Positions 1 through 5,018 of a DNA stretch of 5,018 nucleotides are shown piece by piece. Where the stretch lies: the NCBI GenBank assembly GCA_000388065.2, contig KB932203.1, one strand, 5' to 3'. Below the pieces are notes generated by a model. That model ran no database searches. It had not been told where the DNA came from and saw nothing but the letters and a program-made list of their open reading frames with translations. Both the position numbers and the translations under genes were made by a program. Origin of the DNA: Fonticula alba ATCC 38817. Lineage: Eukaryota > Protista > Nucleariida. Each line of letters opens with the position of its first letter. The stretch's first letter is position 1.

Positions 1-37
1 CATGCGCTGGGGCAGCCGGCGCGGCCGGCCCCGCGCT

Positions 38-54
38 GGGGGGGGGGGGGGGGG

Positions 55-86
<32 letters not shown>
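38..86 (+). repeat. Poly-G tract G17-C-G31 (G-quadruplex-prone)
   Basis: Read directly: G 38-54, C 55, G 56-86. Exact homopolymer length may be unreliable in an assembly. Confidence 0.95.
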
Positions 87-229
87 CGCGCGGCAGCCGG
101 GGGCGGCGGAGGCCCACCCGTCTGGGCGTGGGTTGCCCCCCCTTGCACGCCCCAGTTTGTCGAAGAAGACCCGGGACAAGAGCAGGGCCAGTCAGCGGAG
201 ACTCTAGGCAGGGTCCGTTTCCGGAGGCC

Positions 230-257
230 GGGGGCGGGGGGGGGAGGGGGGGGGGGG
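230..257 (+). repeat. Interrupted poly-G tract G5-C-G9-A-G12
   Basis: Read directly from the sequence. Confidence 0.95.
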
Positions 258-400
258 CCCGGGGCCCTTTTGCTCGTGCTATCGGCCCGCGTGTCCTCGG
301 CCGCGGTAAAAAAGGCGGCTGCTCTGGTATGGGGGGCGAGCCCATTCGAGCCGCCCCTGCAGGCGTATTGTCCAGGAGACCGGGAGATGAGCGGACGCAA

Positions 401-436
401 TTCGGGGATAAATAATAATCCCCACATATCCCCGAA
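401..436. repeat. Perfect 10-bp inverted repeat around a 16-nt spacer that begins with an AT-rich run
   Basis: TTCGGGGATA (401-410) is the reverse complement of TATCCCCGAA (427-436). Spacer is AATAATAATCCCCACA. Confidence 0.9.
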
Positions 437-795
437 CCGCCGCCCAATCGGCCCGATGCCGAGTGGGAGGCCGCGAACGTCCGGACCGCGATCGGGTGTG
501 TTCGTCCGGCACGAGGGCAAGGAAATGCCTTGGGCCATTTCCCGCTTGCGAGCCAGCGGCGCGGCAGCCGCGGGCGAAGGCGCGCCGACCGACGGGCAGC
601 ACCCGGCCGCCGTTACACGTCCGGAAGCAGTGCTCACGGGCACGGGTGGCCCACCGAAAAAGACCCTGCATCCGGCGCCCGACTCGGCGTCTCCTGTACG
701 GGCACATGCCGGTGTCGCCGGGGCCATCCCCGCCGGAAGGGGCGTGGGCCAGGCGGCTGACGGCCGGGGAGGCACGCGGCAGCCCCGGGTCCGGG

Positions 796-807
796 GCGCG
801 CGCGCGC
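796..807. repeat. (GC)6 alternating tract, Z-DNA-prone
   Basis: GCGCGCGCGCGC read directly. Z-DNA propensity of alternating CG is established knowledge. Confidence 0.85.
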
Positions 808-1360
808 CTGCACCCCCCGGGTGACTGGCGCTCTCTGGCGGCCAACAGGGGCGCCGCCGGACGCCGGCAGCCACGACGCTTCCGGGAGAAAGGGCCGCTT
901 GGCCGAAGCTCACAGCAAGCGGCCCGGGTGACTTGGGCGTCGCGCATCCCGGTCGCAGCGGCATGCGCGGGGATGGAGAATATATGAAAGGCCAAATGGT
1001 CGGCCTGCATTGCAAATGGAAATACGGCCCGAGTGGGCGAGGGACACCGCGGAGGAAGAATACCGGCGTCTGAGTCAGTGGGCGGTCCTCCCGCCCGGCT
1101 GTGCTGGGAAATGACCGGTGTGTGTCCCCTCCCCCCTCTCTCCTCTGGGCGCGGTTGGGCTTGGGCGGGGGCATGCGGTCCCCTGGGCGGGGGCGCACAC
1201 ACGAAACGCCGGCCCGGCGCTCCGCGGTCCCCTCCGCCCGTGTGGAGGCCGATGCTCCTCGGTTGGGGTGAATCCCGCGGTGCCCTGTCCTCCCCTTTGT
1301 CCGTGCTTCTCAAGGGGACTTCCGAGGGACCCGTGGATCTGAGCGCAAGCAGGGGACGAT

Positions 1361-1372
1361 GGGGGGGGGGGG
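1361..1372 (+). repeat. G12 homopolymer
   Basis: Read directly. Confidence 0.95.
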
Positions 1373-1425
1373 AGTGGTGCCTTAAATTCCGTCGCACACC
1401 ACGGCCCCGCCGCACCCAAGGGGCC

Positions 1426-1427
<2 letters not shown>

Positions 1428-1469
<42 letters not shown>
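1428..1469 (+). repeat. (CCG)14 perfect trinucleotide microsatellite
   Basis: 14 uninterrupted CCG units counted. They are the source of the poly-Arg, poly-Ala, poly-Gly and poly-Pro readings in overlapping ORFs. Confidence 0.97.
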
Positions 1470-1471
<2 letters not shown>

Positions 1472-2045
1472 CCGGCCACATGTCACCCTCAAGTCAAAGG
1501 TCCTTCTTCCCTGTCGCGACATCGCCACCGCGGGGCGTGCCGAGCCGCACACTGTGCCTCGCTCCCCCCTTGCTTGGCCCTCCATCCGTGGCCACGTCCT
1601 CTGGCCGGCCCCCCGGTGCCTATGAACTGGGCCGTTGTCCTGCGATCCGCGCCGCACCCCCTCCGGGCCCCTGCCCTCTGCCATGCCTTGTCCGGCAGGA
1701 CGTTCGGACGATCCCTCCAGCCAGGCAGGGGGGCATTCACGAAGTCCGGCTGTGGTGCTTTTGTTGTTTTTCTTTCGACGCCCGGTGTCCTCGCCATCCA
1801 CCGCCCCCCTGCGTCGCCCCTTTTCCGGCTGCCAATAAGTCTGCCACATCACCCTTGCCTGTTCTCCGACACGCCCCCCCTCGGCCCAGCCGCAGCCTTC
1901 GGATTCGAGCTCCAACGCCTGCCGCCTCTCCAGGCCAGGCAGCTGGTCCTTTTCCTAAACCCCTCCGGATCCTTGCTTTCACGGGGAGGCCTCATCCGCG
2001 AGAAGAGGCCTCCCCAGACCGAACGAGAACCGGGCCGCCGGCTCG

Positions 2046-2142
2046 CACCACATCCACACATCCACGTGCACTCGCCGACATTCATGCCCACATACACCGA
2101 CATAGAAGACACACCGCCAAAGAGACCCACACGCACACCGAC
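2046..2142 (+). repeat. Degenerate CA-rich (minus strand GT-rich) low-complexity tract
   Basis: Recurring CCACAT, CCGACAT and ACACCGAC units: ACACCGAC at 2094 and 2135, CCGACAT at 2075 and 2097, CCACAT at 2048 and 2088. Confidence 0.7.
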
Positions 2143-2369
2143 TCTCCGGCCGCGGTGGGCGCCCCGCCTGCCAGGCAGCCACGCGGCCCGGCGGTCCTCG
2201 CCGAGTCGTCACCCCTTTTCCGCGGCCTGGTCAACTGCTGCGCAGGCATATATTACGCTGTGTGTTCTCCCCCAACCCGCCCCCGGATGCGCCCGACGCT
2301 GCGCGCCATGATCCGTCATCCATGATGAGTTGGTGGCCTGCCCTCAGGCTCGTAGGGCACGGGGCACCG

Positions 2370-2390
2370 CCTGGTCCTGGTCCTGATCCT
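2370..2390 (+). repeat. Short hexamer tandem CCTGGT-CCTGGT-CCTGAT-CCT
   Basis: Read directly, 3.5 units. Confidence 0.8.
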
Positions 2391-2399
2391 CCTTCCTTC

Positions 2400-2426
2400 G
2401 GGGGAGCGGGGGGGGGGGGCGGGGGG
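2400..2426 (+). repeat. Interrupted poly-G tract G5-AGC-G12-C-G6
   Basis: Read directly. Confidence 0.95.
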
Positions 2427-2504
2427 ATGCACTTAGCCGCGTCATTGCTTGTTGGTGCGAGTGGTTGATCTCCCGCGCCGTCCTGTCCGGTTCCGATTGG
2501 CTGG

Positions 2505-2553
2505 TTCCGTTTTTCGTCTCTCCCTGGCCTCGCTCCGCCTCCCTCTTCCCCAG
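2505..2553 (+). promoter_or_regulatory. Candidate 3' splice acceptor (polypyrimidine tract + CAG)
   Basis: TTCCGTTTTTCGTCTCTCCCTGGCCTCGCTCCGCCTCCCTCTTCCCCAG. No AG dinucleotide between 2462 and 2551. Use as a splice site is inference. Confidence 0.3.
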
Positions 2554-2907
2554 TTGGGCCAGGACCCGGAGAAGCTGAGACATCGAAAGGACCCATCCTG
2601 TGGCCTCCCTTTCTTCCGGGTCTCGAGGTTCTTACGTGGGCCCCCCCCCACCTGCCCCTTCCTCCCGACCCGAGGGTTCCCATGGCCTGAGTCTGCCCCT
2701 GTGCTCTCGTGTGTGACCCGACCGCCGGCAACAAGGGTGCACCCACGCGCGCGACTTGTGCCCCTCGGTCCCCTGGGGGTGGCGGATTATTCGGCCAAGG
2801 GGCCCCGCGCGCGGAGCAAAGGGGCTGATGCTCCTTCCCCCACGAGGCAACCGCCTGGCTCAGAACAAGGAATATTCTCCTTTCTCGCCCCCCCTCCCCC
2901 CATCAAT

Positions 2908-2910
<3 letters not shown>

Positions 2911-2944
<34 letters not shown>
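2911..2944 (+). repeat. (TC)17 dinucleotide microsatellite
   Basis: 17 TC units counted, preceded by ATCAATCAA and a C-rich run. Source of the SLSLSL and REREREREREI readings. Confidence 0.97.
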
Positions 2945-2946
<2 letters not shown>

Positions 2947-3246
2947 GCTCGTTGGCTTGGACTATTCGCTCGTCTTGGTTCCAGTGCGCCTCTTGTGCTC
3001 TTCTTGCTCCGGCTCCCCGCTCCAAGATCCAGGGGTCCCCAGGGGGATTCACCCGAAACGCCGATCCTTCGAGAGCCGTTTGATGTCTAACACACGGGAC
3101 CCCGCGTGACAATCACGCGAGAAACATCGAGTCCCACGGGTAATCTTAACTGACGGATTAACAACTCCCCCACCTCTCCACCCCGAAGTGTCTAGAACGG
3201 GCGGGGTGCTTCCCTGGGCCTCAAGCACCTGTCTGGTTCCTCGCCG

Positions 3247-3256
3247 NNNNNNNNNN
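3247..3256. other. Assembly gap (10 N)
   Basis: Ten Ns. The true length is unknown, so reading frames and spacings across it are not meaningful. Confidence 0.99.
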
Positions 3257-3554
3257 TGGGCGCCCCGGGCGGCCGCACTGGGCCCCTCCTGCCGGGGACT
3301 CTGCTCTTGGAGGCCAGCCGGGGGAGCCTCGGGGCGGGAAAGAGGGAATATCGGGAACACAAAGGCATCTTGCCCGCCCCGGCGGGAGTGGTGGCAGGAG
3401 AAAAAGCGGCGCAGGGCGGCGCGCGCGGGCAAAGACCGAGCCCGAGGGCTGTGGCACGTCGAGCTGGAGACAGTGATGCTGGCAGGGCCGGGAATAGGCC
3501 TGCCTCGCTCGGGGCCCTCCCCAGGGCCCGTGGTCAGGAAGCGGCTTCAGCCCT

Positions 3555-3566
3555 CCCCCCCCCCCC
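3555..3566 (+). repeat. C12 homopolymer (G12 on minus strand)
   Basis: Read directly. Confidence 0.95.
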
Positions 3567-4080
3567 TGGCTTGCGCCTAAGACCACGGCGGTGTGCCCTG
3601 GCCCATCACGCAGGCACAAGTGCTGGAAGGCTGGCAACCGTAGGATCCACACTGCTGGGCTTCGCCGATCGGATCGCCTCCGTTCGACCTCGGCGTCTCA
3701 AGTTCTGGTGGTCGCCGGTCGCGCGGGGGGTGGGGTCCTCGGGGTACCCCTTTCCTGCGCAAACGAGCTGGTCCCTCCCCCCCTCGGGGAACGAGGGGGC
3801 GAGGGGGCGGGGGGGAACGGGGCCGTGCCGGGCAGTGGGCTTCCCCGCCCCCCTCCCCCGCCCCAGCGGCTCGAGCACCCCATGTCTGCGGGGGAGCATG
3901 GCACACCGCCCCCGGGGCCTGGTCCTCGGGACTAACACAGCCAGAGGCGCCTCTCAGAGGGCCGCTCATATATCCGAATGGCAGCGAGCCTTGGCCTTCG
4001 CCCGGCATGTCGGCACTTGTGTGCATTCGGTCCCGGGCACGGGCGTTTCCAAGCCCGGCGGGGGGGGAAGTGAGCGGGCT

Positions 4081-4104
4081 CGGCGGCGGCGGCGGCGGCG
4101 GCGG
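4081..4104 (+). repeat. (CGG)8 trinucleotide microsatellite
   Basis: 8 uninterrupted CGG units, in opposite orientation to the (CCG)14 at 1428. Confidence 0.97.
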
Positions 4105-4276
4105 TCGACGCACCCCCGCCTCCCTCCTCGGACCTTTTTAGCAGCCGGTAGAAACGTCAGACAGTGTACCTCCTCCCAGGACCGGGGCAACCGGAGCCTC
4201 TTGCGCCCGGGACGGCCGTCCCCCCGGGCACCCGGCCGGCGGAGGCCTGACAAGGCGGCCGGTTGGCGTCTTGACC

Positions 4277-4303
4277 GGCTTCCGGAGGGCGGCTCCGGAA
4301 GCC
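4277..4303. repeat. Perfect 11-bp inverted repeat with a 5-nt loop
   Basis: GGCTTCCGGAG (4277-4287), loop GGCGG, then CTCCGGAAGCC (4293-4303). Confidence 0.9.
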
Positions 4304-4648
4304 CGGAAGCGCCGTCGTACCCCCGGTGCCGAGCTCTCCGACGGGGCGAGGGGAAACGAACAGCCGCAGGGAGAGGGGCGGGATGGGCATTTGCGCGCAG
4401 GTGGCGACCACACCCGGTCGGGCGACGGCATCCGGGCCGGATATGGTGCCCCCTCCCCTCGCCCTCGGCGAGGGAAGCAGATTGACTGTCAGGCAGGGAG
4501 CCTCCAGGGGGGCCGTACTCGCACTCGGGTCTCACGAAGGAACGGAATTTTGATTGCTCATCTCCTCAACGGCCCTGGGCACGACCCGCCCCAGGGCGGG
4601 AAGGCCACCGGCCGGCCGGTCGACACGGCAAGAGGAGGCCCGGACCCG

Positions 4649-4657
4649 TCTCACCTG
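4649..4657 (-). promoter_or_regulatory. Candidate 5' splice donor CAG|GTGAGA (intron would start at 4654)
   Basis: The minus strand reads CCTCAG|GTGAGACG, close to the eukaryotic MAG|GTRAGT consensus. It falls at a codon boundary (phase 0) of the 4532..4924 frame. Confidence 0.35.
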
Positions 4658-4676
4658 AGGGAGGGAAGCACCGCCG

Positions 4677-4686
4677 GCCAGGAGGC

Positions 4687-4719
<33 letters not shown>

Positions 4720-4787
4720 TGATGGGGGCCCCCCCGGTCGGCAGCCAGTGCTCCCAGACAATCAAGTCGAAGTAGGAGCCAGGAGGC
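4677..4787. repeat. Exact 10-bp direct repeat GCCAGGAGGC flanking a 91-nt block that starts with G29
   Basis: Copies at 4677-4686 and 4778-4787, with mismatches on both sides of each copy. The first copy abuts the G29 tract. Confidence 0.85.
4687..4715 (+). repeat. G29 homopolymer (C29 on minus strand)
   Basis: Read directly. Confidence 0.95.
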
Positions 4788-5018
4788 CCGGCAGGCCGCA
4801 CCGGGCGTTCACCGGCACCCAGAGCACGGGGACCCTGCCATGGGACCGGCCCCCACACCCCTCCCGCGGTCGCGGCCACCGCGGCACGCCGCACAAGGAA
4901 ATCCACCAGCGGCAGGGCCCACACTTCTTCTGCTGCTCCGAGGTCAGAGGCAGCAGGGTTGGCGTGTCGGCCGCGGCTGGCTGCGTCCAGAGGGTCGTCG
5001 ACAGCACTCGGGGAGGCA

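Larger units (their letters stand above)
4532..5018 (-). pseudogene. Possible disrupted or degenerate coding segment or exon of unknown product, open at the window edge
   Basis: Third-position G/C is 25/28 codons at 5007-4924 and 19/19 codons at 4836-4780, with A/T-richer second positions. The best-looking frame switches at least once. No recognisable domain. Frames were chosen post hoc in about 70% GC DNA. Confidence 0.25.

Noticed and set aside
403-975. Resemblance of CGGGGATAAA (403-412) and GCGCGGGGATGG (965-976) to type I-E CRISPR repeat ends
   Set aside because: Isolated partial matches, with no regularly spaced repeat-spacer array and no cas genes.
1758-1776. T-rich run TTTTGTTGTTTTTCTTT as a terminator or a retroelement A-tail on the minus strand
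   Set aside because: No adjacent GC hairpin, no AATAAA, no Pol III promoter upstream and no flanking target-site duplication found.
1953-1961. CCTAAACCC as a plant-type telomeric repeat
   Set aside because: A single partial unit only.
279-2325. Long ORFs 279..1481 (-, 400 aa) and 1033..2325 (+, 430 aa) as genes
   Set aside because: Pro/Arg/Gly-rich with no domain, overlapping each other and many shorter ORFs, and running through microsatellites. Sampled GC3 of the + ORF (1501-1680, 42/60) equals background.
412-3090. Frame +1 has only 6 stops in 893 codons, suggesting one giant degraded ORF
   Set aside because: No third-position bias where sampled, and TpA-poor GC-rich DNA is intrinsically stop-poor. 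The shared frame with the 3307 ORF is meaningless across a gap of unknown length.
340-3692. TTCGA motifs (345, 1904, 3068, 3683) as tRNA T-loops or Pol III B-boxes
   Set aside because: None has a 5-bp T-stem, a cloverleaf or a properly spaced A-box.
3307-4485. 392-aa + strand ORF as a gene
   Set aside because: TTG start, open back to the N gap, crosses C12, G8 and (CGG)8, low-complexity composition and no recognisable motif. Only one short part shows codon bias, reported as a finding.
4685-4785. Plus-strand GC-AG intron or introner-like element using the 10-bp direct repeat (AG|GCGGGG...GAG|)
   Set aside because: Weak donor, GAG acceptor with no pyrimidine tract, no terminal inverted repeats, and the coding-like signal is on the opposite strand.
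4730-4790. PPGSYFDLIV as a SAM-methyltransferase 'FDLIV' motif
   Set aside because: No upstream glycine-rich motif I (D/ExGxGxG) in the stitched frames, and the match is too short to be meaningful.
1-5018. Identity as rDNA spacer or herpesvirus repeat region
   Set aside because: The composition is compatible, but I see no 18S/5.8S/28S sequence, Sal-box terminator, OBP site, TAATGARAT, pac signals, AATAAA or viral gene. It cannot be supported or fully excluded without BLASTN.

Overview
A 5,018-nt, very GC-rich (about 70% from sampled lines), CpG-rich, mostly low-complexity window from a draft assembly with a 10-N scaffold gap at 3247-3256. I recognise no gene, rRNA, tRNA, CRISPR array, operon, transposase or integrase. 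The listed ORFs are Pro/Arg/Gly/Ala-rich, often start at GTG/TTG, and overlap in all six frames, as expected for stop-poor GC-rich DNA. Long poly-G tracts, (CCG)14, (CGG)8, (TC)17, pyrimidine tracts ending in CAG and a consensus CAG|GTGAGA donor suggest eukaryotic intronic/intergenic DNA or a GC-rich eukaryotic virus, not a prokaryote. This is inference and I cannot assign a taxon. The best lead is at the right end. A minus-strand segment with coding-like codon bias (4532-5018) is interrupted by a 91-nt block ending in C29 (G29 on +), flanked by an exact 10-bp direct repeat. Removing the block plus one repeat copy restores one reading frame. This could be a poly(C)-tailed insertion with a target-site duplication, but chance and a simple frameshift remain possible. 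I cannot support a claim of a new biological system from this window alone.
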